NCBI RefSeq assembly: GCF_006345805.1
Contig: NC_043000.1
Coordinates: 32,488,001 to 32,552,000, forward strand
Length of the DNA stretch: 64,000 nt
Reading direction: 5' to 3'
Source of the DNA: Octopus sinensis
Taxonomy: Eukaryota
Positions 27,541-41,207 of this stretch are shown in pieces. The translations under genes and the position numbers were made by a program. The notes beneath the pieces are model-generated. The model was given only the letters and a program-made list of their open reading frames with translations, did no database searches and was not told the DNA's origin. Within the stretch, counting starts at the first letter, position 1, and each line of letters begins with the position of its first letter.

Positions 27541-28865
27541 CATCTTCATCATTGTTTCATGTTCACTGTTCGTACTGGTGTAGGATGGAGGAAGTAAAGT
27601 GTAGAATAATAGGGTTTTGTTTTGGTAAACCTAGCAAAACCAAAAGTTGTAGTTAGCAGGAAAGGAAGCAGGACTCTGGTGCCATTAGAGGAGGAGAGAC
27701 CATCTTCAGTATGCAGAAAAGGAGGAATTGGTAGGAACTCTGTACTGTGCACAGATGTAAAGTATGTGTGCAGAAAAAATGGAGTGAGCTTGCAGACAGG
27801 CTGAGAGAGGAGGTTGACTTCATATGTGACACAAATACTTAGGAAAAGTTAACAGGAAGAGTTGACAAGAAATGAATTCTTTCAACTGTCTAGAAGGTTC
27901 TCAAAAAGTAATTGAGAGTTTCTCTTGGGTCACCTGTCAAATTTACCTGTGTATAAGCTGCACCCTTAACTTTGTCCTGTGTATGAGACACTTTCCTGGG
28001 TTTTTTTTTCTGTTAAAACCAAGTATAACATAATAAAAGATAAGAATCTCCTTCGGTCAAGAATGACTATGGGATTGTCCCTAGAAAGTTTCCCTCCGAG
28101 GCACAAGGCCAGACAAGGTTGTTTATGGAAGACCAACATTAGCCCATGCATACCAGCCTCCTCTCTCCATGCCACCAATATTATCCAAGGGAAAGGCAAA
28201 GGCACGATTCAGCAACTCATTTCTACAGCTGAGTGAACTGAAGCAACATGAAGTAAAACATCTTGCTCAAGAACACAACACACAGCCTGGTTTGGGAATC
28301 GAACTCACTACCACATGATTGTGATCCTAACACTCTAACCACTGAGCCATGTGCCTTCACCAAGTATGAAATAATGTCGAGCTGGCAGAATCGTTAGTAC
28401 GCCAGAGAAAATGCTTAGCGGTATTTCGTCTGCTGCTACATTCTGAGCTGACTTTGCCTTTCATCCTTTTCAGGGTCGATTAAATAAGTACCAGTTACAC
28501 ACTGGGGTTGATGTAATCGACTTTATCCCTTTGTCTGTCCTTGTTTGTCCCTTCTGTGTTTAGCGCCCTGTGGGAAATAAAGAAAGAAATTAGCAGTTGA
28601 GTGGGGTTGTTCAGGAAGTAGTGTTGCCAAAATAAGAGTGGAAAATATTCTTGGAGATAAAAGTGTTCTCTTGGAAATGTTTGAGCACAAAGTGCAACAT
28701 TGCAAGGTTGTGAAACATGGGTAATGAATGTGGAGCCTGTGGGTAAAGGTTGGGAAGAAATGATGTGTTGAAGCTATGCTGGTTGTGTAATGTATTTGTG
28801 TGCATGGATGAGTGAGTAGAAATGAAGTGACAAGAAATGACAAAACAAAACAACAGAACAAGAGA

Positions 28866-29360
28866 ATACCCTCCATCAGGCATTTGCCATATTCTGAACG
28901 CCTTACTTCCCTGGGCATGGATACATTGAAACTCCAACGTCTGGCAGCTGACTTGGCAGACACCCATAAAATTATTAACCATCTTACAAACAATAACTCT
29001 GAGCACCTTTTCAAACTCCACCTGTCTAACACCTGTGGACATGTTTACAAAGTCAGAAAACAGCACAGCTCCCATGACTTTCGGAAGCATTTTTTCACAC
29101 TAAGAGTTGCTGAAGCATGGAGCAAACTGCCAGCTTCAGTTGTTAGTTGTCGGAGCACTGCATCCTTCAAAACTTCCATGCTTCCTAGATTCGCCAACAC
29201 TACACCTGATTTTCTCCCCTCCATACACACGCAAGCATGTATCTGACTCATACACTGTTTGCTTTCCAGACATTTGTACATTACTGCATACGCTTTATAT
29301 GCACTTTTGACAAGTTGTGGTGCACCTGAGCACTGTATACAATAATTTCATTATTTTTTT
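28866..29360 (+). mobile_element. Second CR1 3' fragment of the same family
   Basis: IPSIRHLPYSERL...FFTLRVAEAWSKLP and the same 3' UTR ending gtgcacctgagcactgtatacaat. Confidence 0.9.
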
Positions 29361-29924
29361 ATTTTTAAACCAGTGATTGAGATGAAGAAGATCTTTGTAA
29401 GTGAGAATGGGTGTGTGATGTAAATGGAGGGTATCAGTTGGGTAAAGAGGTAATCCAAGCAGAAGAAGGATCATGTTCAAGGGGAAGACTTCATGCAAAG
29501 ATGAGGAATTTTAGGGAGCTGATGACAAAGGATTATTACAAATGTGAGTAAGGCACTGCAATAGAGAAGACCTGTCTAAGCCTTGCTTGGAAAATTGGAC
29601 ATCAAATCCTCATTGTCCTAGTTTTTATGTCTGTTTACTTATATTGTGATGAGCTGATTGCAAATGGCATCTGTTCATTGTGTCAGTATCAGAGATGGAG
29701 TTTAAACGAGACCCTGTACTGTTACATAGAGATGTTGTGGTGCAGTTATATGTAACTGTGGTTGTTATGTATTCCATCATTCCCACTTGGCTCTGCTTGG
29801 ATGGCCCCCATAACTAAAGGTGAGCCACAGAAGAGTTTGTAATGATTTAAAGGTTCTTCACTATAGTAATGTTAGACTCTAGCTGACTTTATAACTCTAC
29901 TCTATACTCTCTATCATGTATATG

Positions 29925-30122
29925 AGTGCCGTGTAGAGTGCCGTGTAGAGTACAATGTCGAGTGCAGTGTAAAATGAAGTGTAGAGTGCAGTGTAGAGTG
30001 AAGTGTCAAGTGTACGGTACAGTATAGAGTGCTGTGTTGAGTGCTGTATTGAGTGCAGTGTTAAGCACAGTGTTGAGTACAGTGTAGAGTGTAGTTATGA
30101 GTGCACTGTAGAGTGCAGTGTG
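29925..30122. repeat. Degenerate 12-bp tandem repeat (GAGTGCAGTGTA), about 16 copies
   Basis: Visible 12-nt periodicity. Confidence 0.85.
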
Positions 30123-30313
30123 CTATTCAAGGCACATTGTAATTGTCCTGTTAATCAACCCCTCCACCACCATCATCACTATCGCCACTGCTACAGAAAT
30201 TGTCCTTTCTTCGCTTTGTTTGTTTTTACATTGTTTACCTTCCCCTCTAATACCTACCTTTCTTCTTTCCTGCCTTCCTTTCTCCTTTCTTTACTCTTTC
30301 ACTGTATTTCCAG

Positions 30314-30519
30314 ACCAATGGAAAATCGCCAATCAGATGGCAAAAGTTCTTCCAGCCAAAGCCAGCAACGTTTTCAATTCCTGCAGCACCATTTCTCCAG
30401 TCTTTATGCAAGAAGTGGCCAGAGCAAAATACAAGATAGACTCAGCCATTTTGAAAAAAAGAAAATCAAGCTGAATGAACCTGAAAAAAGAAACATATTA
30501 ATTTTACCTAAAATGGAGA
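30314..30519 (+). CDS. CDKL2: CDKL C-terminal tail exon (PMENRQSDGK...LPKME)
   Basis: tttccag| acceptor after a long pyrimidine tract, A|gtaagt donor, 206 nt, phase 2-1, open frame. Confidence 0.72.
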
Positions 30520-31843
30520 GTAAGTGAATTGGTGAAGGTTTCAAATCTTCCTAACACCATTTAGTCATTTTATTTCCCATTGTGTTTAGCATTTATGTTA
30601 AGAGAAACAAGTATGTAATAGATTGATAATTAGCTATGCACAGGTCAATATATTAGTAATTAATGTACTGATCATTATATTAGTAATTAGCCATATATGG
30701 ACCAATATATTGGTAATTAACTATGTATAGACCAGAGGTTACTACTGCTGCTGTTGTAGTTCAGCTCAAAGTCAGCTTTGATTGAGAAGACTTTATATGA
30801 AAGATGCAGTTATGAAGATCCTGTTTTTTCTGCTCAGTAATTTTATAATACTGTATCCCAAGCTACATAATCAAATGAACCTATATTTAAGACAGGAGTC
30901 TACACCCAAATCTCTTTTTCTATTGTCTATTTATCATATCCTATAGTTGATAACCCTAAGGTGTGCAGTTCTATCTAAGGCATTGAAACTGCTATCAACT
31001 TTAGTGATACAGCTGATGAGGGCTTAGGTTTTGTTTGTTTTCTTCCTTTGTAACATTTTCTTGTTCTGTTGTTATAGTTTATGCCACTTCTTATATATAT
31101 GTTATGTTTCTTGTTAGTTTTCTTTTTCTTGAATGGTTGATTGAACAAAACCTTAGATTTGGGTATGGAATCCTGCTTTGAATATAGACACATTAGATTA
31201 TGTAGCTTGGGATACAGTATTATAAAAAGGCACATTTCTGTGTCTAAGTCAATAGTAATTGAAACAAAAGGAAAAATAATGTAGGTCTACTTTCAATGAA
31301 AACATGTCTGGCCAAAGAGAGATATAACCTGCAATGGAAGCATTGTTTGTGACAGGAACGGCATCAAAACATAGAAAATTTAACTCAGTGAATTCCCTCT
31401 GACTCATTCAAGCATTGCAAAGTGAATGCTAAAGCAATGATGATGATGATGGTTCAAACAAAAGGTTACATTTAATCATCTACTGTTTTTGTATTATTTT
31501 TGAAACAGAAATTCTTTTACAGAATTTAGTTTGTTTCTAAGTTCAAAACCTAATGGAATTATTTTTGCCTTTCAATTCTCTGTTGTCAATAACACAAGTA
31601 CCAGTAATATACTGGTATTAACTCAACAAACTATACTCCTTTCTTAATAAGAATTGACCATCTGCAATTAACCTTTCCATAATCAGTTTCATCTTACATG
31701 TTGAGTTCAGATCCAACCAGTGTTCACTTACCATTTATCCTTCTGGAGTTAATCTGTCATAAGCTGTGGTCAGTTCCACCGGCTAAACTCTTTCCTTACA
31801 AATTTGGCAACTTGTGTTCATGTGAAATCATTTTTACTTTCAG

Positions 31844-31866
31844 GTTATGAACAGTCCCACAGATAA
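31844..31866 (+). CDS. CDKL2: CDKL terminal coding exon (SYEQSHR*)
   Basis: tttttactttcag| acceptor, phase 1 continuation ending in TAA. AATAAA at 31946 and 32013 downstream. Confidence 0.62.
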
Positions 31867-34800
31867 ATGTACCATTGAATCATAGATAGGATGAAAAGGA
31901 AACAAAACTGTTTTAAGTCTTTGAGCTGGTCTTCCAAGGGATAAAAATAAATTTCTAATTTGGCATTTACTGACAAATTCAATATTTTCTGAGAACAGAC
32001 AGAATAAAAAGAAATAAATATGCAACAGAAAAAAAAAAGTGAAACTCAACTCAATTTCACACATTTATTTCTTCCAAGTAAATCCTTTCACCATCTTCAT
32101 CTGACAATGGGCAATTGTCAGTCTTGTGGTCAACAAGTTGTAGATGCTGAACTCATGTTTGTGGTGCAAGTTGTAAATTATGGTGGATATCTGGATATTC
32201 AACAAGTATTTAGTGTAAAACTGATTGGTCAACAGGTTTCTGTCTTCAGACTTCAACAGAGTCTTTGAGATAATCAACAACAATGTCAGAATGGTTTTGC
32301 AAAATTCTTTTGTGATTTTACTTAAATTTAACAATTTTTTTAATGAAAGAAAAGAAATTCAAATTAATAATCAATGCTGTATCTTGTTTGAATGCAAGGA
32401 AAATTAGATTTCTTGGTCAGAGATACAGCAGAGCAGAGAAAACTCCCTGGACTCAGTTTTCAAAGTCTACCATTAGTTCTAATAATCCCATATTATCTTA
32501 ATTCTTTTGACATTAACCAACTTTGAGGCCATCTCTGCTTCTATGATACAAAACTTCTTGTTTTAAAATATTCAAACCTAAATTAAAACCTCTCAAAAAT
32601 TTTATGGGAAAACATTTTGATGTTTTGGTGTGAGGTTCTAAACAGTAACTTAATGAAAAAGTTACTTCCACAAAAACCTTCCAAATTCTTGACTTATTTG
32701 CAAAATTAATTGAAAACATGAGCAAATGTGTATTTCTTTACAAATGCAGCCATAAAATAGTTAACTGAACAAGGAATAAAAACACTTCAGGACTGATGAA
32801 ATGGACTTTTGGTAACACAGTTTTAGTAAGCCCTAATCTTGATATTGATAATTCTGCTTTTGATTTTAGAAACGTTCCATGCCGGTGGCACGTAAAAAGC
32901 ACCAACCGATCGTGGCTGTTGCCAGCCTCCCCTGGTACCTGTGCCGGTGGCATGTAAAAAGCATCCACTACAATCGCAGAGTGGTTGGCGTAAGAAGGGC
33001 ATCCAGCTGTAGAAACACTGCCAGATCAGACTGGGCCTGGTGCAGCCTCCTGGCTTCCAAGACTCCAGTTGGACCATCTAACCCATGCTAGCATGGAAAG
33101 CGGATGTTAAACGATGATGATGATGATGATGAAGAAATAGAGAAAAAGAGAACAGTGCAATGTAAATGAAATATAAAAATCGACCAATTCTTAATGCAAG
33201 CAGTCAAGTTGTAAGAATTTATGAAGGTGAGTTATATTCTTGTAAAGGAAGAACATCATTGATCGATCAACTCCATTGGTACACACATTCAATTGCATCA
33301 TGAAACTGCAGAAATACTTGAAGTCAAGTTAAACATCAATGAGAAATTCATTTTGTTTGTCAAAATGGTAAATCAGAACCTTAATTTTGGTTAACCTGTT
33401 GCATAGCTTGTTAAAGATACAGAGTTTATTTCATCACCTATTCATCTTCAGAAAAGGCAGGAATGACAGAACATTCAAGATTCCGTTGAAGATTCTTCAA
33501 TCAATATCACTTTCTTCATTTATATCTATTGAAAAGGCAAGTTATCTCTACAGATTTCACAAAACTAATCAAGTTTCCATGAAACAGTTTAAAATCTGCA
33601 ACATAAGGAAACTGTGTTGTTGGCAAGAATTTGTCCATAAAGGAGTTTCTTAATGATTCATTCCTCAAAGCAAATGAACTTACCAATTTCCTTCTATGAA
33701 TGTCCAAGAAAGATCATTAGAATTTTTTTGACATGAGAATCGCACCTGCATGAATCAATAAGCTTCCAGAAAACTGACCAAAAGGTCATCAATTTTTGTT
33801 TTCTGTTATCATATAATGTGCTTCTGGCAAAGAAATTCCAGTCTTAATGGCTTTGGTTCAGTCACTATAAATGATACTGTGGTAAGGTGAAGTGAATTAC
33901 TCTAAACAACAAAAGTATAAATATAATAAATTTTATTTGATTCCTGAATAACTGAACTGAAATCCTTGTCATTATTATAAAGGAACCACGTGTGGTATAT
34001 GTACAACCACACATACAACTGTACAATATGTGTGTGTGTATACGTGTCTCCTTGTCTTGACATCGTTTGATATTTATGAACAGGTATCACTGTCATACAA
34101 GTGGTGTCTTTGTGAAATAAGTGATCTCTTATTTGAAAAACAGGTGAATGGTGTGCCAGGAGTGATATGCAGCTGTAACATAATGTCTCAAATAACATAT
34201 TCCTCCAACCCATGCAAGCATGGAGAAATGGATGTAAAACAAATAAATGAACATGTGTAAGTTGTTATTTTGCTATCTTGTTTTAACCTCTTTCTCTGCA
34301 AACTAGTTAGATGGTAACCTTGGTCTAGCCTCAACAGAACTGTTTTTACCAGTTTTAATACACATACAAATTCTGTGATTTTTCTTTTTGCTGAAATTAA
34401 AACATGACAATATCTACGTACACTTTCTACAATATAAATATTAACTTCACCTTGATTGTTGAACATTAATATCTAAAAGTCGCCATTTTTGATTTTTGTC
34501 CTATTTTAGAATGCATTCACATTCTAAAATAGTGCTGTGTAATTATTATTATATCATTTTACACTCCAGATCTGATGCCATCTCCATTTTTGTTGGTATT
34601 TAAGAAATAAACGAGCCAGTATAATTAATTATTGTTGTTATATCTATGAATATCTTTCAAGTTTCCTACTTTCGTAATCACTCACATTGAAACAAGCCGA
34701 CAATTCGTGACCTCAAAACTTCTGAACAAACATTTTTGTAATGAAAAACATTTTGTGACTACAACAGCTCAGTCCATATTTGCATATTTTATTTGTTTGG

Positions 34801-35193
34801 TGGGTTCACAGTTTACAAACACTTTCACACTTTGTCCTCTGTCAGCCATCAGCTGTGAACTGTTTTTGTTTTGGTTGTCAAATCAGCCAAACTGTTTTTA
34901 ACGATTTGGAACCATGTTTCAACTTGTTATTGCACAAATTAACAGTAGCCAACCAACATGAAATATCATCTGGTCAAGTGGAACATTGACCAAATAATGG
35001 CACAAAAATAGCATAATTTATGAGATAGCTCAAAGACAAAAATATGTAAATTGTGGAATCAATACTTTTAAGAATCCTAAAAAAACCCCCAAAAAAACGA
35101 GATTAAAAGAATTATGGCAGTAATTCCTGGTTTATGTAAGCAGATTGGAAAATCTATGGAATAATATAACAATAATGGAACAGTTTACAATTT

Positions 35194-35407
35194 TATTGTG
35201 TCTAGGGAGAGTCATTTTCTTTTTGTGCCTTATTGTGTAACACACTCACCACTCACTGGTAAAATTTCCACTTTTTTCTTATTTTTATTTTCCTAAAATT
35301 TTCGTTGCGTCTTGAAGAAAATAAAATAAGAAAAAAGTGGAAATTTTACCGGTGAGTGTGTTATACAATAAGGCACAAAAAGAAAATGACTCTCCCCAGA
35401 CACAATA
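35194..35407. repeat. Fold-back palindrome with arms of about 95 bp
   Basis: attgtgtctagggagagtcattttctttttgtgcc... pairs with ...ggcacaaaaagaaaatgactctccccagacacaat. The left arm recurs unpaired at about 55414-55530. Confidence 0.9.
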
Positions 35408-35544
35408 GAATATGCTTCAACACACGAACTCATATAAAGAATCTTGCAAACCAAATCCCAAAGCGAAATAGTTTACAATTTTTTTTCAGTCAAAATTTAC
35501 CATTTCAACATTTTAAACTCTTTTAAACATATAATTCCGTTATC

Positions 35545-36420
35545 CAGTAACATGTATTTTCCTTCTCAGCTATACAAAAATGTATTTCCAGTCTCTCATA
35601 CAGCAACACATATTTTCCAAGTCTACCATGTAGTGGTATATATTTTACAGGAAAACACACTAGTAACATGTATTACGCATGTCTACCATGCAATAGACAG
35701 GAATTTTCCTAGTCTAGCACTGTATTGTATTTTCCTACTCAACCACACATTAACGCATCTTTCACTAGTCTTATTAGCTAGTAATATTTATTTTCCTAGT
35801 CTACCATCTGGCAAAATTTTTTCTATTTTCTACCTCCCAGAGACAAATATTTTTCCAGTCCCCTGCCCAGCATTTGCCCCTCAACAGACTTTGTACTTTA
35901 TTAACATGTATTTTTCTTAATCTACCACTTGGTAATATTTATTTTCATAGTAGTTAAGACACCTGTGCTGGTGACACGGTAAAAGGCAAGCACCGTCCGA
36001 ACATGGCAGATGCCAGCGCCACATGACTGGCATCCGTGTCGGTGACACGTAAAAGCACCAATCGATCGTGGCCGTTTGCCAGTCTCCTGTGGCCCGTAAA
36101 AAACATCCACTACACTCACGGAGTGGTTGGTGTTAGGAAGGGCATCCAGCTGTAGAAACAATGCCAAATCAGACTGGAGCCTGTTGCAGCCTCCATGGCT
36201 TCCAGACCCTGGTCGAACCGCCCAACCCATGCTAACGTGGAAAACGGATGTTAAACGATGATGATAGTCAACCTGATCAGAATCCCTGTTTTCCTAGTTC
36301 TCTACCCAGAAGAATCTGTTTTCTTCATCTCCCACCAGCAAGATGTATTTTCTTGTCTACCACCCATTAACATACATTTCCCCAGTCTACCTTCCTACAA
36401 GTATCTTCATTCTATTTCCC
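35545..36420. repeat. Highly degenerate satellite of about 30 bp (core ATRTATTTTCCTAGTCTACC), split by a family C insertion
   Basis: Core recurs more than 10 times on both sides of 35960-36265. Confidence 0.65.
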
Positions 36421-39151
36421 TTCTGTTGGCTGCATTTACAACCCCTTCATTTATACATTGACACAAATGCAGGCGTGAGCAGCAGCAAGCTTTTTCTGCA
36501 CTTTTCAGTTTTAACCAGCCTCACCATTTGAACATGTAGTAGCTTAAAAAGAAAAACTCATAGTAGTTTTACCAAATAATACCATTCCTCATTCCAAGGC
36601 AATGAGCTGACAGAATCATTGGCAGAGTGGTCAAAATGTTTAGTGATGTTTCGTCTATCTTAATGTTCTGAGTTGAAATTCAACCGAAGTTGTCTTTACC
36701 TTTCATTGTTTTGGTTGATAAAATAAGCAGTTGTGTACAAGGATTGATGGAATTGACACTCCGTCCCAGAAATTGCTGACCTTGTGCCAACATTTTCAAC
36801 CAATATCATTCCTCATTTTACCTTTCTTCAGATCAAGCCAAGCTCTTTGATGCTGGTGCCATGATAAAATGAACCTAGTACATTCTGTGGAGAGGTAGGC
36901 AAATGATTCTAGGGGTAGAAGCTATTTTAGTCTTTCCAAAAAGATAACAACCTCTCCAGTACTGGCACTATGAGAGAATGAACCCATTACACAAGCTAAT
37001 GTGGTTGGTGATAGGAAGGGCAGCCAGCTATGGGAACCAGGTCAACATTTAAGTGGAATGTGGACCTTTGTCTCACTCAAGAGGGAAAGAACTCCAAATT
37101 AAAACTGTCTCAGATTAAGGTGACCAATTTGGCTGATATCAACTTGGCAAATAGACTGTAAAATGAAGATAATGAAATGGAAACAGGGTGATTCTCTCAA
37201 TTCTAAAATTCATGCAACTTACCACAAACTGGTGCCATATTAATTAAACAAAACATTAAGAAAGAAAAAAAGACCACAAGCAAAAGAAAGAAGTCAAAGA
37301 CAAGGCGTGATTAAATAACAATTTATTATTTAAGGCATTAGGAAATTTAGGGGGAAAGGAGAGAAATTAGAAGACTGGTGGGGTTAGTAAGAACTCCAAG
37401 AACAACAACAAAGGATTAAGTTTTCCTATTACTTGCATAGGCATAAAAACCTTAGTAGCAGACAAAAGAAAGTGAGCAGTTGAAATGAGTGTCTCTTTCT
37501 CAGAATAATTTATGAAGTGAAACATTTCCAACTGAGAATTGAAACAAAAATGCAGACTTTAGAAATTGCTGAAAACTTTAGTCAATATCATTGTTGAACA
37601 CACACACACACGAAGAAAGTCATGTTTAGGTCTGGTTTTAGTCAACGGTTTCATACAAACATTATTATTATTATTGTTGATGAAGGCAGAACAATTAGCA
37701 CACTGATTGAAGTGCTTTATGGTCTGAGTTCAAATTCTGTCGAGGTTGACTTAGTGTTTCAGCCTTTTGAGGTTAATAAAATCAGTACCAGTTGTGCAAT
37801 GGGACTTAGCCACTTGCCTCAAAATTGCTGGCCTTGTACCAAAATTAGAAAGTCTTACAACCATTAATAGGGTAGCAAGATGGCAGAATCATTAGTGTCA
37901 GAAAAATACTTATTGGTTCTTCTGAGTTCAAATCCCAGAAGAATGAACGGCAAAGTTGACATTGGTGGGATTTGAACTCAGTATGCAAATAGCTGTAACT
38001 GGTTGCTGCTGTGCATTATGTCCAATGCTCAAATGATTCCTCTAAATTGCTGCCTTATGAAAGTTCATATAATAATAATAATGTTATAATCCGCAACAAT
38101 GGTCATTTTCTTTCTTTTAGTACAAACAAACTTTAAGTCCAGAGTGGATTATTTTGTAGGGGGGGGGGTTAGAGAAAGAGAGAGATTTAGTAGCAATTAT
38201 GTTAAACATATGAGTGTACAATACAAAGATTGTTTTATATTTCTTAGGATAAAAGTGTTTAAAGGAAATATATCCCAATTCCATGTGTGTGAAACTGTAG
38301 ACACCAATGCCTGCCTAATACTGTCAAACCAGTTGGAATATGTGAGTGTGTATGTATGTGGTGTGGATGTGTGGGAGGAAGAAGAGTACCCTTGGTAAGG
38401 GATGTACCAATTCCTTTACAGGACAGCTCATATGCCACTAGTTCTCAGCATTGTGTACATACCTTCCACCTTTTGCTCCACAAACTGTCTCTATGTCACA
38501 GTGTACTACCTCCGGAGCAAATAGTGTGGGCAGTGAAATTCTTTAAGGAGTTCTCTCTCTGTATATGAAGACTGAATTTCTATCACCACATCACAGCAGC
38601 ACATGTACCTCAGAACATGGTTGGCACATACTGATGCATATCCAGTATATCTCCACTCATACTGGCCCGGCTTCTCATAGGTCCACAGAGAGAGAGAGAG
38701 AGAGGCCAGTTATCTGGTGCAGTCATTCCTAATCCAAGTCCAGACTGACTTCTTGGAATCACAAATAAACGGCAAACATTTTGTTGCAGCAGTCAATATA
38801 TTATGTAATATTGCAGTTCAGTAGTTTTGTAGTTCATGATGAAACATGGAGGGGGTAATAGAGGTGAGATTAGTCAACTCTCCAGTTATTCATGTAGCTA
38901 TGTGCTGTTTCTGAAGCTCTTTAATGCAGTGGTACCTAAGATGTAGAATTTTGGTCAATTTCAAAAATGATGGATGAACAAGAACGATGAGAATGTTCAT
39001 ATGTTAAGACGTATGTGTATATGTATGTTCATGTTATGTATGCATATGTATTACAGTCACTTAAATCCATGTTTATCAGACTGCAACTTACATTATTTCA
39101 TGCCATCTGGGAATTAATATTTATGAACCAGGTGTAGATTTAACGGACAAG

Positions 39152-39187
<36 letters not shown>

Positions 39188-40558
39188 GCATGCATACATA
39201 AATATATATATGCATGCATACATATATATGGTATATTTAAAGTGAATTCCTTCCTTGAAACACAAGTTTACAATCACCATGCAAGTATGATCAACACTTG
39301 CAGTAGTGTGAAACCCAAGTCATGAAAAAAAATTCAGTTTAAATCAATAACATACTCTTCAACATGTATTGAGTTCTCTCTTCATTCATTCAACAAAAGT
39401 CAATGTTTGAATATATTACACACACACACAAATATATCCTTGTTTAATGTCTGTTTTCCATGAAGGCATGGGCTGGACACATAAATAAATGAAATTTACA
39501 TATAACAGACTCTACTCATTTCACAAACAAGTGTTCAGCACTTCCACGTCTCTGCATGTAGAATCACAAACTATATAAAGATATAAAGTATAGCATTGAA
39601 AATGTAATTCAGGAAGAACCAAGGTAATTTATGAATTGTTAATACCAAAAGACAAAAAAAAAAAATGTTGAAAAAAAATAGCCATTTTGGAACCAATTAA
39701 TCTTATATTTTACAAAGAATAACTGCATGGGAAGCCAACAAAAATTCGATTTTCGTAGCCACCTTTTGCCAGTTCAGGAGTTTGGAAGGTGGAATTGTCA
39801 TTATTTGGTAATACATATATAAAAAGCAGTTAACATATTGAAAATAAAAGATTCATTTCTAAAACTTTATGGATTCTTTTATTTTTGGCAACAAATCTGG
39901 CAAGTAAAAGGCCTTGGGTGTTGTGGAGAGGAGGAAACAAGAAATTTCTAGAAAATGTGAGAAAGAGTTGAGGTTAGAATCTGATAGAAGAGGTGGGACT
40001 TAAAGATGAAGTTAATCACTTTATGAGTGTGTGTGCGTATATATATATATATATATATATACTTATACACAGACATACACGTATATGTTTTATATATATA
40101 TGTATACATACACACACACACACATGCGTATAAATGTTATATATATATATATATATAACATTTGGAATATATACATGGTAGTATTCGTTGGCTATTGATC
40201 AGAAGATTTCTAGTTAAAATACCAAATTCCCTTTGTAAATAAATAAAAAAAAGGGATCATTTAATATAATATAACTATGATGTTATCCAAACAGTTGGGC
40301 TTACAGAAAGTAAATATTTGTTGAATTACTGCTTGAAGCCCCCTTAGATCATCATCAAAAGAAGTAAAATAATAAAAAAAAAAATGGCCAGAATCAAATG
40401 GGTAAAATATATATAAGAGACAGTATGAAGGAATAAATTTGGTCAGATAGGTCCAGCTCTTTTTATTAAACTAGTGACCCATAATTGGGGAATGCAAGGA
40501 TTAAAAACACTTTTAAAATCATTTGCAAACTTACTTACTTAATTAGATTTATCCTCAT

Positions 40559-40775
40559 TTAACCCTTTGGTGTTCAGATTATTCAGTTAAATGTAATGCT
40601 TTTTCACTCAAATTGTTTTGAATTAATCATACATTATCTCATAGCTTTGAAATCTCAATGATGTGAATATTTATTTTTAGAATGTCAATGTAGGTTAAGT
40701 GTGAGAGGCTAGATATGGCTAGTTCAAATATAAAACATGTAGAATATTTGGCCGGTTTAAACACTAAAGGGTTAA
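40559..40775. mobile_element. piggyBac-type MITE
   Basis: TTAA-CCCTTTggtgtt ... aacactAAAGGG-TTAA. Confidence 0.75.
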
Positions 40776-40977
40776 ACAGTAGAAACAGTTTGAGGTCCAA
40801 TGGCTAGATAAGATATTGAACTCTCAATTCATGCATTTTGTGCTTATATCTAGTGTACATATTTCGTTGCATTTATTTTTACATGTCTCTCAGTCCTTCA
40901 TAAACCAATGTTTAAGACTTCCAACACATTCAACACAAGGTTTTCTGAGTAATTATATTTGTCAACAAAATTTTTGC

Positions 40978-41207
40978 TTAATCCTTTTCGTTACCAACCC
41001 AGCTGAAACTGGCTCTGGCTCTGTAGGAGAAATATCGTGTTTTCATAAGTTTTGAATTAAAATCTTCCACCAAACCTTAGTCACAATTTATGTTCCTAAC
41101 ACTAGCCTAATGATAACTAAGTTATTTTACTAAACTCTTTGTTATATTTAAAATAATTGAAAGAAACACAGAGCATCTCAAAATAAATATGGTGATGAAA
41201 GGGTTAA
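40978..41207. mobile_element. Second piggyBac-type MITE
   Basis: TTAA-tccttttcgttacc ... ggtgatgaaaggg-TTAA (imperfect TIR). Confidence 0.65.
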
